A stretch of 45,118 bases of DNA from a bacterium. Lineage in GTDB: Bacteria; JADJOY01. The stretch is from NCBI GenBank assembly GCA_046331705.1, contig JAXLQJ010000059.1:1-45118 (forward strand). Direction: 5' to 3'. Positions within the stretch are counted from its first letter, which is position 1. Each line of letters starts with the position of its first letter. The position numbers and the translations under genes are program-made. Under the pieces are notes generated by a model that saw nothing but the letters and a program-made list of their open reading frames with translations, made no database searches and was not told where the DNA came from. Below, in pieces: positions 35,741 to 45,118 of this stretch.

Positions 35741-38700
35741 GCGCAGGCCTTCACGACCGCAAGCGCATGCTGGAGGCCCACCGTTCCCGCGGTGGGCCAG
35801 ACGTTCGGATTCGGACACGACCGAGCGCGTCCCTCCACGCCGCGGTGGTTGCGGCGGCGCTCGTCACGATCGCTGGCGCGGCGCGGGCGGCTCGAGAAGC
35901 GACGGACGCGCCCGCTCCCGCGTGTGATCCGGCGCAGGGCCGCGTCGAGGGCGCGATTCCGTGGGTGGATCAGACCGAGGCGGATTGGATCTACGGCGTC
36001 ACCACGCGCTTCGCGGACGTCGATGGTCACCGCGTCCACTACCCGACACCCACCGCCGAGCTCGCCGCCCAGCTCGCGGCGCGCGCCGAGCCGGACGCGC
36101 TGCGCCACCTCGCCGATGCGCGGCTGGCGCTCGGCGATCGCGCCGGCGCGATCGAGGCGATCCGGCGCTGGGGCGCCGCGCGCGGGCCCTGGGCGTGGGC
36201 CGACGTCGCTGCGTGGGCCGAGGAGCACCGTGAGCTCGCCTTGGCGCTCGATGCGGCGACGCGCGCCATCCCGTGCATCGCTCCCGACGCGCGCAAGCGG
36301 CTCGCCGACGAGCGCGTGGTGTGGGCCGATGCCCATCCCGAGCTCGCCGATCCGGTCGCGATGCGCCGCGCCCGCGCGGAGCTCTTCCCCGACGATGGCC
36401 GCGCGCTCGAATCCTGGGTCCGCTCGCTGGAAGCGGCGGGGCGCCTCGAGGAAGCGGATCGCGCGATCGCGGCCAGTCACGCGCTCACGCCCGAGCGGCT
36501 GCTCATCGTGCGCGCCGACCTCGCCGTTGCTCATCACGACGAGCGACGGGCCTTCGAGATCCTCGACGCTGCCGTCGACGCCGACGGCTGGTCGTTCACG
36601 TTCCGGCGCCACTTCAGCGAGAAGACCACGCTCGCTCGCCCCGAGCTGCCGGAGGCGTGGCGCGCGACCCTCGATGCCCGCTTCGATCCGCGAGCGCTGG
36701 TGCGGCTCGCGACCTATTTCCAGGGTGCCGGTCGGGGGCTCGACACCGCCGAGCTGCTGCGTCAGGTCGAGCGGCGTCATGCCGAGCGCTTCGGGCGCGC
36801 GGATTGGCTCTTGCTCGCGCGCCTCGAATCCGAGATCGACGCGGTGCCCGAGGCCTTCCGCGCGCGGCTCTCCGCGGCGCGGCTCGGCACCGTCGACGAG
36901 CAGCTCGGCGACCTCGCGGCGCTGGCCCGCCTCGCCTTGGATGCGGGCTCGCGGCCGTTGCCGTGGGGGGTCTACAACGACGAGCCCTATCGCTGGGTGG
37001 CGCGTCTCGACACCACGCCGGGATTCCTCACGGGTGGCGTCTCGTTCCTGCTGACCGGCGGCGATTGGAAGGAAGCGCTCGCCAACCTCGAGGGGCAATC
37101 GCTGGGCGAGCGCACCTTCGCCACGGCGCGCGCGCTGGTCGACGAGCTGGCGCGCCGCGCGCCCGCCCACGGGGAGATCCCCGCGCTGCGGGTGGCGATC
37201 ATGCAGCGCCACGTCGACCGCGGCGAAGGCCAGGCCGCGCTCGCGATCTTCTCCGCCCTCGAGCCCACGGCCCCCGCGGCGGTGGCCGACGCCGCGCGCC
37301 GAGTGGCCTTGTTGGCGATGCGCCAGGTCGAGTCGCCGCTCGCCGAGGAAGCGCGACTCTACCGGGAGCGCTTGCGCGCGCTCGCTCCGGACGGCACGCG
37401 CCCGTCGCTCGCGGATTCCGGCGAGAGCACCTGGCGCGACGCCGAGCTGGTGCCGCCCGAGGAACCCGAGGTCGACGAGAGCCGGATCGAGATCGCCACT
37501 TGGGGCCGCGCGTCCATGAACCCGCAGCCCGAGAGTTACCGCAAGCTCCTCGACGAGGCGATCGCGCGTCTCGACGATCGCGACGCGAGCCACCGCACCA
37601 CCGTCGGCCTGCTCTTGGGCGAGCTGGACCGCTTGCCCGACGCCGAGGATCTGTGGCTCGCGCTGGTGAAGCGGCTCGATGGCTGGAACCTCGACGACGA
37701 TCTCGGCCCGCGCTACGAGCGGGCGCTCAAGCGCTTCCGCGGCCCGGGCTGGTGGTCGCGGCTCGCGCGCTGGTACGCGCGCCGCTCACGGCACCAGGAC
37801 CTGCGCGTGCTCGCCGACGATCTCGTGAACCAGTTCCGCGGCGCCAGCATCTTCGCGCGCGCCGACCTGAACGCTTCCGGCACCGGGCTGGTGGCCCTCG
37901 AGATCCCGGAGCAACCGCGCTGGGGCGACCGCGTGCGGCTGGTGCGGTGGGCCGATTGGGTGCGCTTGCGCGCGCTCGAGCGCTTCCCGCACAGCCCGCG
38001 GGTGGTGAGCGAGGCGCGTGCTCGGCTGAGGCTCGCGAACGACGGCTCGCGCGATCCCGCTCCTTCCGCCACGGGTGTCGCGTCGCCGGTGGTCGCCGAC
38101 GCGCTCGTGCACGAGCGCGAGTGGGCGCTGCTCTTCGTCGATCCCACGCGCCGGGAGAGCTGGTTCGCCGACGCGATGCGCGCGGGAAACCTCGCCGCGC
38201 GGCTCGAAGCGATCGAGAAGCGGCCGAACCGCACCCCCGTCGAGGACCAGCTCTTGGCCGAGGGCTGGGCGCGGCTCTCGCACTTCGAGCGCGCGTCCGC
38301 GCCGGCGGATCGCGTGGCCGCCGCGTATCCGTCCGATTCGGTGGCCGTGCACCGCGCGCTCTCGCTGCACCGCTCGCTCCAGGCGCTCGAGCCCGGTCAC
38401 GCGGAGCGCGCGAGCGCCGTGGTGGAGACGAGCGTCGCGGCGGTGGCGGACGCGAACGCGGTGCTGACCGAGCTCGGCGAGATGGAGGAGGAGCGCGGCA
38501 GGCCGCACGCGGCGGCCGTGGTGTGGCGCCGCATCCTGGAGCTCGATCCGCGCGATCCCAAGCGCGTCGAGGAGCTGGCGACGCTCTTCTGGGACTACGA
38601 GCACATGGCGGAGGCTCTGGAGATCGTCGAGGACGGCCGCAAGCGACTCGCTCAGCCGCGCCTGCTCGCCTTCGAAGCCGGCGTGCTGCGCGAGGAGCTG

Positions 38701-41700
38701 CGCGATCTCGACGGCGCGGTGCGCGAGTACCTGGCGGCCCTCGACACCCGCGACGCCGAGATGGCGGATCGCTTTCCCTACTCGACCGTGTCCGACGACC
38801 GCGCGGTGCGCCGCATCGCGACGCTGCTCGGGCGCACGCGCCCGCGCGCCGCCGTGCTCGCGGCGCTCGCGCGATTGCGCGCCGGCGAGAAGGCCGACGA
38901 GGAGGCGCTGGTCGCGTTCCTGCCGCTGCTCGACGTCGCGCCGCCCTACGAGTCCGCGGAGGATCGAGAGTTCCTCGACTGGCTCGTCGATCGGGAAGAG
39001 CTGCCCCACGATCCCGTGGCGCGCGCCGAACGGGAGGCCCAGCGCGACGCGCGGCGTCCGACGGAACGCGCCGGTGCCGTCGAGGTAGGCGCGGCGATCC
39101 TCACCCGAGCGCTCGACCTCGCGAACGAGGCCACCTCCACCGAGTTCCTGGACACGCTCAAGCGTTGGCGCGATCGGCTGCTCGACGCTCGCTGGGCGGG
39201 GGCGCGGGAGGTGGCGTTCGACGACGCGCTGGCGGCGCGGCGCGCGGCGCTCGCGACCACCGACGTGGAACGGGTGAATCGCGAGATCGAGCGCGCCACG
39301 GCGCTGCTCGAGCAAGGCCAGCGCGAGAAGGCCGATCGGGTGTGGGCCGACCTGTTGCCGCGGATCGAGGCGCTCCCCGAGGGCGGCGCGCCGATTCGCG
39401 CCTGGGTCGCGCGCGCTGGCTACGTCGAGAAGACCGCGGGCGTCGAGGCGGCGGCGCGAGCGTGGGCGGAGATCGGCGAGCGCTATCCGTGGAGCCTGGG
39501 GGTTCTCGACGATCGCCTCGCGTTCCTGACTCGCGTCGGCATGGCCGCGGACTCGCGTGCGGTCCTCGCGGCGGCCGCCGAGCGCGCGGCGCTCGGCCAC
39601 CGCGAGGCGCTGCTCGAGCGGCTCGCCGGCGCGTGCCTGGATGCGCGCGATCTCGCGTGCGTCGAGGCCGCGTCGCGCCGCCTGGTCGAGAGCGAGTGGA
39701 GCGAGCTCGACGAGTCGCGCCGGGTGGCGGCGTTCCGGTCGCTGGCGCGCGCTCGCTTCGCGCTCGCTCCCGAGACCGACGGGCTGGCGCTCGTGACCGA
39801 GCAAGCGAAGCGCTTCGCGCCCGCGTCGCTTCCCGACCTCTACGCGGAAGGCGCGCGCGCCGCCGACGGCGAGCACGCGGGCACCACGAGCGTGACGCTC
39901 TGGATCGAGGCGCTCAACCGGCGCACCGAGCGAGCGTGGATTCGCGAGGCCATGCGCGCCGCCGAGCGTGCCCAGGCCTCCGACAAGCTGCTGGCCTTCT
40001 TCGAGCGCCAGCAGAGTCGCAGCGCCCGTGACGTGCGCTGGGCCGTGGTGGTCCGTGAGCTCAGGCTCGCCAAGGGCGACCTCGAGGGCGCCATCGCGGC
40101 CTCCAAGGCGGCGGTGCAGGTGCGGCCGGAGAATCGCGAGCTGTGGGTGGAGACGGCTGATCTCCTCGAGCGCGCCGGACGGGCGCAGGAAGCCGCCGAC
40201 TATCTCGCGGGCCGCGACGCGATCGAGCCCGGCAACGAAGACGTCGCGCGGCGACGCGGCGTGCTCTACGCGCGCGCCGCCAACGCCACCGGCACGCCGG
40301 CGGCAATCACCGCGGCGGGGCAGCGCATCGTGGCGCTCGAGCGCGCGGCGCTGGCCGCCTTCAAGCGCCAGCGACCGCTCGACGACGAGCGCCGCGCCGA
40401 GCTCACGCGGCGCGAGGCGCGCGCGGTGCGCCGCTTGCTCGAGCTCGGCTACCCGCGCGAGGCGTGGGTTTTCCTGGCGGGCAGCGCGGACAAGGTCGCG
40501 AGCGTTCGCAGGAGCGGCCTCGGGCTCAACGAGCAGGCCGAGCTGGCGCTACGCGCCGGTAAGCTCGTGCGTTACCTGAACGAGCCCGGGGTCGACGACG
40601 AGGCGCGGCTCGCCGCGGCGCAGGTGATCGCGTCCAGCGCGAATCCGGAGCAGAAGGAAGAGGTCTTCGCGGCGATCCTGGGCAAGCGGGTGACCTTCGA
40701 GAGCGGCCGCCTGGCTCGTGCCTCGGAAGTAGCGCTTGCCCAGTGGTGGCCGTTCGCTCGCGAGGCCGCGCTGGAGGACGAGCTTCGACTCACGCTCGCG
40801 CGCAAGCTCGCGAGCGGCGTGCCCGGCCCGTGGCAATCCGCGACACCGTTCTCGTTCGCGCAGAACGTGGCCGAGCACGTCGTGGTGCGAACCGAGACGA
40901 CGCCGTGGATCGTGCTGCCCGATCTGGAGGCGAGCTGGGTCGAGGATCTGGTGAATCGCGATCAACCCGTCGCGCTCGCCGAGTTCCTGGCACCGCGGGT
41001 GCGCGAGCTGATGGCGCGCGTGCGCGCGCTGGGTGCGCCGCTTCCCGGCGATCGACCGTTCCGCTGGACCGCGTGGCTCGAAGGCTCGACCGCGTTCGAG
41101 ACCTGGTGCCGCGGTCTCGTGGCGCGGCCGGACCTGGTGCACGAGATCGAGGACGCCTTCACCGACGTCGGGCGCTGGTCGCGCTTCCTGGAGCTCGGGG
41201 CCAAGCATTGGTCGCATCCGCGACTGGTGGCGTTGCTATCGCCGGAGGCACGAGACGCGTGGTTCCGCGTGGCGGGAGCGTTCGGCGTCGATTGGGCGAA
41301 CGACAGCGTGCCGAACCCCGTCTCGCCGGCCACACGGGAAGCCGTGGCCAAGGCCCTGGGGAACCTCGCCACGGCGGCGGCGGGTGCCACCACGGACCCA
41401 CTGCTCGCGCGCCTTCGCGGACCGCGAACGGTGGGCGAGGCGATCGGGGACGATCCGCGTTTCGAGTGGCCAGAGGTCAAGCCCACCGAGACCAGCCCGG
41501 GCGTCGCGGCGCGCCGCGACACGCTGCGTTTCCCGCGCGATCTGTGGGGCGATCGGCCAGGCGAGGCCTGGTACGCGCTGGAAGCGCTGGCGCGATTGCG
41601 CGACCGCGACGCCAACGCCTGGCGCGTGCCGCTCGAGGTTCCCGACCGCGGCGGCGAGGCGGAACGCGATCGTGTCGCCCGCGAGCTGGCGCTCGCCACC

Positions 41701-43776
41701 GGCGATCCGGCGCTCGCGCTGACGGTGGAGGCGGCGCACCGCGCCGGCGCGCCGAGCAGCGCCGACATCGCGTGGCGGGTGGGTACGCTCGTCGCCGCGG
41801 GCCGTCCGGAGGAGGCGCGAGCGACGATCCGCGCCGCGGTGACGAAGCAGCAGTCGAAGCTGCGCCCGGATGCGTTCCGGGCGCTGCGACGTCTCGCCCT
41901 CGATCTCGGCTTGCCCGACCCGGTGACGGCGCTCGATCCCGGGCAGCCGGTGGATCCGTCGCTGCTCGCCTATCTCGCGGACGCGGTGGACCTCGAGGTC
42001 GTACGGCGCTGGAAGCCGGTGGACGTGATCTCCTTCCGCAGCGCGCTCGCCAGCCGCTGGTGCGATCGCGAGGCGGAGCTGTCGAAGGAGGCCGTGGAGG
42101 TCTGGCTCGACGAGCTGTGGGCGCCGGGATCCGCGTCGCTGCCGCGCGCGGGCCTGGTCAAGCTGGGAGGACTGTGGCCGGCCGCAGCCGACTGGCTCGC
42201 GAGCCAGAGCGAGGCGCGTCGTGCCGCCGCGCTCGCTGCCGTGCGCGCGCTTCCCGCGGACGTGGCGCCGCTCACGGCGCTCCTGCCGAAGGACGCGAGC
42301 CAGCGCGACGAAGCGACGCGGCTCTTCCTCGCGCGGGTGTTCCTGGCGCGGAACGAGGCGCCCGCGGCGCTGGCGCTCTTCGACGGCGTGCTGCACGACG
42401 CGGCGGTGGGCAACGCGGCGCCGAGCGTCGCGTCCGCCGCCACGACCAGCGTGGGGACCGAGTACGAGGAGGAAGAGGCGACGGAGGACGGTGAGTCCGG
42501 TGGCGCCGGCGAGAGCGACTACGAGGAAGCGACCGAGGACGAGGAGCCTGCGACGGAAGCGGCTGCCAGCGTCGCGACCGACGACGCCACCATCCAGCGG
42601 CTGCACCGCTGGCTCGACGCCTTCCGTGACGCCAAGCAGTCGGGCGGCGCGGACGTGCTTCCTGAAGCCGAGGCGCGCACCCTCGCGATGCTCCTCGATC
42701 GCGAGTCCCGTGACGCGAGCACGCTCGCCGATTGGCCGCTCGCTCTCGAGCTGGCGCGGACGCCGGACGCGCGCAGCGAGGTGCTCGCGCGCCTCGAGCG
42801 CGCGTGGATTCGCGGTGACCTGGTGGCGTACCAGCTCGGCTCGGTGGTCGCCGCGCTGGCGCGGGTCGCTCCCGAGCAAGCGCCTCGCTGGCTCGCGCGC
42901 TGGCCGCTCGCCTTCGACGAGGCGCAGGCGGCGGAGCGGGCCGAGCTGATCGCGCGTCTCGGGGATCGCGCCGCTGCCGACGCGCTCCTGTCGACGGCGC
43001 GTTCTCGGGGCGCTTGGTCCGCCGCCGACGAGGTCCGCGCGTTCGACGCGTGGCGCCGACTGCCCGCCGAGAAAGCCTGCGATCGGAAGGTGGAGACCTG
43101 CGCACCGCCAGCCACGGCGCGCGTGCCGAAGAGCTGGACGCTCGCTGCGACGTTCTGGCGCGAGCCCGCGAGCAAGGTCGGCGACGACTTGGCCCGCCAC
43201 CTCGGGGCCCATCCCTTCGATCTCCTGGCGGCGCGCGCGGCGCTGCGCACGGTGACGCCGCTCGCCGCCGAGGTCGCGGCGCGCGCGACGGCGACCTTGC
43301 GCGATCGCACCATGCAGTCGTTCGACAGCGCGGGCACGGACACCGATCTGCTGCGGATTCGCGCCATGCGCGGGCTCTTGCCCGCATCCTGGCGCGCGGC
43401 CGACTCGGTGCTGAGCTACGTCGATCCGCGCCAGGTCGTGATCGACTTCACGCGCCGGCGCATGCGCGCGGCGGACATCGACGCGTCCCTCGCGGACCTG
43501 GCGCGGCTGCACGCCGAGGACGACGACGCGGCCGCGACCGAAGTCGTGTTGCAGGTCGTCGAGGAGCGAAGCGCCGCGAGCGGCGCCACGCTGCGCCGCG
43601 AGCTCGCCGCGATCCGCAAGCGTCCCGCCGTGCCGAAGCCGTATCGCTTCGAGAACGGCGCGCCGCGCCCCTATCGGCCCCGCGATCTCGACTGGGCGCT
43701 CGTCGAGGCGGCTGCGGAGGCCGGGGCCCCGCTTTCGGCAGCCGGCGTTGCCGCGGGATCGGAGGTGAGCCGATGA
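35737..43776 (+). CDS. Giant (~2,679 aa) exported TPR-like alpha-solenoid protein
   Basis: ATG 35737 overlaps the VIT gene stop. Signal-like AAVVAAALVTIAGAARA. TPR-like units (VLTELGEMEEERGRPHAAAVVWRRILELDP; GDLEGAIAASKAAVQVRP). Confidence 0.85.
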   Translation: MSAGLHDRKRMLEAHRSRGGPDVRIRTRPSASLHAAVVAAALVTIAGAARAAREATDAPAPACDPAQGRVEGAIPWVDQTEADWIYGVTTRFADVDGHRVHYPTPTAELAAQLAARAEPDALRHLADARLALGDRAGAIEAIRRWGAARGPWAWADVAAWAEEHRELALALDAATRAIPCIAPDARKRLADERVVWADAHPELADPVAMRRARAELFPDDGRALESWVRSLEAAGRLEEADRAIAASHALTPERLLIVRADLAVAHHDERRAFEILDAAVDADGWSFTFRRHFSEKTTLARPELPEAWRATLDARFDPRALVRLATYFQGAGRGLDTAELLRQVERRHAERFGRADWLLLARLESEIDAVPEAFRARLSAARLGTVDEQLGDLAALARLALDAGSRPLPWGVYNDEPYRWVARLDTTPGFLTGGVSFLLTGGDWKEALANLEGQSLGERTFATARALVDELARRAPAHGEIPALRVAIMQRHVDRGEGQAALAIFSALEPTAPAAVADAARRVALLAMRQVESPLAEEARLYRERLRALAPDGTRPSLADSGESTWRDAELVPPEEPEVDESRIEIATWGRASMNPQPESYRKLLDEAIARLDDRDASHRTTVGLLLGELDRLPDAEDLWLALVKRLDGWNLDDDLGPRYERALKRFRGPGWWSRLARWYARRSRHQDLRVLADDLVNQFRGASIFARADLNASGTGLVALEIPEQPRWGDRVRLVRWADWVRLRALERFPHSPRVVSEARARLRLANDGSRDPAPSATGVASPVVADALVHEREWALLFVDPTRRESWFADAMRAGNLAARLEAIEKRPNRTPVEDQLLAEGWARLSHFERASAPADRVAAAYPSDSVAVHRALSLHRSLQALEPGHAERASAVVETSVAAVADANAVLTELGEMEEERGRPHAAAVVWRRILELDPRDPKRVEELATLFWDYEHMAEALEIVEDGRKRLAQPRLLAFEAGVLREELRDLDGAVREYLAALDTRDAEMADRFPYSTVSDDRAVRRIATLLGRTRPRAAVLAALARLRAGEKADEEALVAFLPLLDVAPPYESAEDREFLDWLVDREELPHDPVARAEREAQRDARRPTERAGAVEVGAAILTRALDLANEATSTEFLDTLKRWRDRLLDARWAGAREVAFDDALAARRAALATTDVERVNREIERATALLEQGQREKADRVWADLLPRIEALPEGGAPIRAWVARAGYVEKTAGVEAAARAWAEIGERYPWSLGVLDDRLAFLTRVGMAADSRAVLAAAAERAALGHREALLERLAGACLDARDLACVEAASRRLVESEWSELDESRRVAAFRSLARARFALAPETDGLALVTEQAKRFAPASLPDLYAEGARAADGEHAGTTSVTLWIEALNRRTERAWIREAMRAAERAQASDKLLAFFERQQSRSARDVRWAVVVRELRLAKGDLEGAIAASKAAVQVRPENRELWVETADLLERAGRAQEAADYLAGRDAIEPGNEDVARRRGVLYARAANATGTPAAITAAGQRIVALERAALAAFKRQRPLDDERRAELTRREARAVRRLLELGYPREAWVFLAGSADKVASVRRSGLGLNEQAELALRAGKLVRYLNEPGVDDEARLAAAQVIASSANPEQKEEVFAAILGKRVTFESGRLARASEVALAQWWPFAREAALEDELRLTLARKLASGVPGPWQSATPFSFAQNVAEHVVVRTETTPWIVLPDLEASWVEDLVNRDQPVALAEFLAPRVRELMARVRALGAPLPGDRPFRWTAWLEGSTAFETWCRGLVARPDLVHEIEDAFTDVGRWSRFLELGAKHWSHPRLVALLSPEARDAWFRVAGAFGVDWANDSVPNPVSPATREAVAKALGNLATAAAGATTDPLLARLRGPRTVGEAIGDDPRFEWPEVKPTETSPGVAARRDTLRFPRDLWGDRPGEAWYALEALARLRDRDANAWRVPLEVPDRGGEAERDRVARELALATGDPALALTVEAAHRAGAPSSADIAWRVGTLVAAGRPEEARATIRAAVTKQQSKLRPDAFRALRRLALDLGLPDPVTALDPGQPVDPSLLAYLADAVDLEVVRRWKPVDVISFRSALASRWCDREAELSKEAVEVWLDELWAPGSASLPRAGLVKLGGLWPAAADWLASQSEARRAAALAAVRALPADVAPLTALLPKDASQRDEATRLFLARVFLARNEAPAALALFDGVLHDAAVGNAAPSVASAATTSVGTEYEEEEATEDGESGGAGESDYEEATEDEEPATEAAASVATDDATIQRLHRWLDAFRDAKQSGGADVLPEAEARTLAMLLDRESRDASTLADWPLALELARTPDARSEVLARLERAWIRGDLVAYQLGSVVAALARVAPEQAPRWLARWPLAFDEAQAAERAELIARLGDRAAADALLSTARSRGAWSAADEVRAFDAWRRLPAEKACDRKVETCAPPATARVPKSWTLAATFWREPASKVGDDLARHLGAHPFDLLAARAALRTVTPLAAEVAARATATLRDRTMQSFDSAGTDTDLLRIRAMRGLLPASWRAADSVLSYVDPRQVVIDFTRRRMRAADIDASLADLARLHAEDDDAAATEVVLQVVEERSAASGATLRRELAAIRKRPAVPKPYRFENGAPRPYRPRDLDWALVEAAAEAGAPLSAAGVAAGSEVSR

Positions 43777-45118
43777 GCCTCCGCCTCGAACGCGTGGCGC
43801 GCGCGGCGGCGCTGCTGCTGCTCGCGACCCGACTCACCGCAGGGCCGGCGCACGCCGCCGACGGCCCGCCGCTGCCGGATGCGCCGTTGCGGCTGGTCAT
43901 TCCCGACGTCGCGGCCTTCGACGCCGCGCTCGGCGGGTCGTTTCGCGCGGCGCTCACCGGAAGCCTCCCCGACGACGACCCCGCCTATGGCGCGTGGCGC
44001 CAGTCGCAAGTGGGCGCCAAGCTCATCGCGCAATGGGAGAAGCTCGCAGCCGACTTGCCCTGGACGTGGGAGCAGATCCCGGCGCTCGGCGCGCGCCGGC
44101 TCGGCCTGGCGGTCCTGGACGTCGGTCATCTGGAGACGGTGCTCGCGATCTCGACACCTGTCGCGGCGTTGCCCGCGACGCTCGCCAAGGGCGAGACACG
44201 CAGCCACGGCGCCATGCGGTATCAGGTCGTCGCCGCGGGAGCAGGCGACGCGGGAGCGAGCGGCGCCGGCACCGGCGCGGCCACCGAGGAGGGCGAGCGG
44301 CGCATGGGGCTCGCCTGGACTGTCGCCGGCGAGTGGCTGCTGATCGCGACCTCCGAGCGCGCGCTGCTCGCATCGCTCGACGAGCTCGGCGCGGGGCGCG
44401 GCTTCGCGGCGCCGCTCGCGGGGCTCGTCAGCCTGGAGCTCGACCTGGATCGGTTGCGCGCCGATCGCTACTTCAAGCGCGAGTTCCTGTTCGCGCCCGG
44501 CCCCGAATCCGGCCGCGTGCGCGCGGCGTTGCGGCACGAGGGGCGCGGCTTCGTCGAGGTCCGCGAGGGTGCCCACGAGAACCGTGCCGCCGGCTACGAC
44601 TTCGACCTCGCCGAGGCCGTCACGGCGGGCTGGGAGGGCGACGGCGCGTTGCTCTGGCCCGCGCTTCGCCGCGGCATCCTCGAGCCGGTCCCCGATCCCG
44701 CGGACCGGCCCCAGGTCTCGCTGGGGCTGCTTCCTGCGGCAACCGTCGACAAGAGCGACGATCGCTACCTCGTGAGCTTCCTACGGCCGCTCGCGAAGCC
44801 CGGCGCCCCGTCCACCGACGAGGGCGAGCTCGCCGATTGGCGGGCGTGGCTCGAGAAGAACCCGGTCGCGGGCTTCGCGTTCGCGGTGGCACGCGACGGC
44901 TCGCGCATGCTGGGTGTTCCGTGGGCGGCGGCACGCGACGAGGAGCTGCTCGCGCTGGCGCGATCCACGGCGGCGCGCCGCGCGGGGCGCGTCGAGGTCG
45001 CGAACGTGGGCGACGCACGCGAGATTCGCGCGGGTGCCGATCTGCCGCTGGTGGCGATCCGACGGGTCGGCGAGCTGGTGTGGATCGGGCCGAGCGCGCG
45101 CGCGCTCGCCAGCGCGCC
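43773..45118 (+). CDS. Exported hypothetical protein, partial (runs off the window)
   Basis: Absent from the ORF track. ATG 43773 follows GGAGGTG and overlaps the previous stop. Reads MSLRLERVARAAALLLLATRLTAGPAHA-ADG... with no stop seen before the window end. Confidence 0.8.
   Translation, partial: MSLRLERVARAAALLLLATRLTAGPAHAADGPPLPDAPLRLVIPDVAAFDAALGGSFRAALTGSLPDDDPAYGAWRQSQVGAKLIAQWEKLAADLPWTWEQIPALGARRLGLAVLDVGHLETVLAISTPVAALPATLAKGETRSHGAMRYQVVAAGAGDAGASGAGTGAATEEGERRMGLAWTVAGEWLLIATSERALLASLDELGAGRGFAAPLAGLVSLELDLDRLRADRYFKREFLFAPGPESGRVRAALRHEGRGFVEVREGAHENRAAGYDFDLAEAVTAGWEGDGALLWPALRRGILEPVPDPADRPQVSLGLLPAATVDKSDDRYLVSFLRPLAKPGAPSTDEGELADWRAWLEKNPVAGFAFAVARDGSRMLGVPWAAARDEELLALARSTAARRAGRVEVANVGDAREIRAGADLPLVAIRRVGELVWIGPSARALASA

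Noticed and set aside
36273-43512. Long alternative-frame and antisense ORFs inside the TPR gene
   Set aside because: Expected stop-codon scarcity in very high-GC coding DNA. The translations are low-complexity with no motifs.

Overview
High-GC bacterial chromosomal window. No rRNA, tRNA or CRISPR array was seen. Left part (1-20.9 kb): mostly secreted, lipoprotein and metabolic genes. These are a partial M4/M36-type metalloprotease, two large FG-GAP/beta-propeller proteins, ChrA, a lytic transglycosylase + GH84 pair, an MBL-rhodanese fusion, YhhN, a ceramidase-like lipoprotein and an SDR. An intergenic unit at ~16.96-17.24 kb looks like a sigma54-driven small RNA with an anti-Shine-Dalgarno tract and a terminator. 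Centre (20.9-27.1 kb): a chromosomal integron with the non-canonical layout intI -> attI -> cassettes, all on the same strand. It has five recognisable attC sites plus one broken by an IS630 element, atypical GTTCG cores, and a cargo dominated by toxin-antitoxin modules. A Fur-like palindrome lies upstream of intI. At 27.6-29.1 kb there is a deletion-riddled tandem duplicate that is probably an assembly artefact. Right part (31.4-45.1 kb): a translationally coupled operon of exported proteins (beta-propeller, VIT-vWA, a ~2,680-aa TPR-like giant, and a partial fourth gene). All family calls come from motif recognition by eye; no database searches were run.
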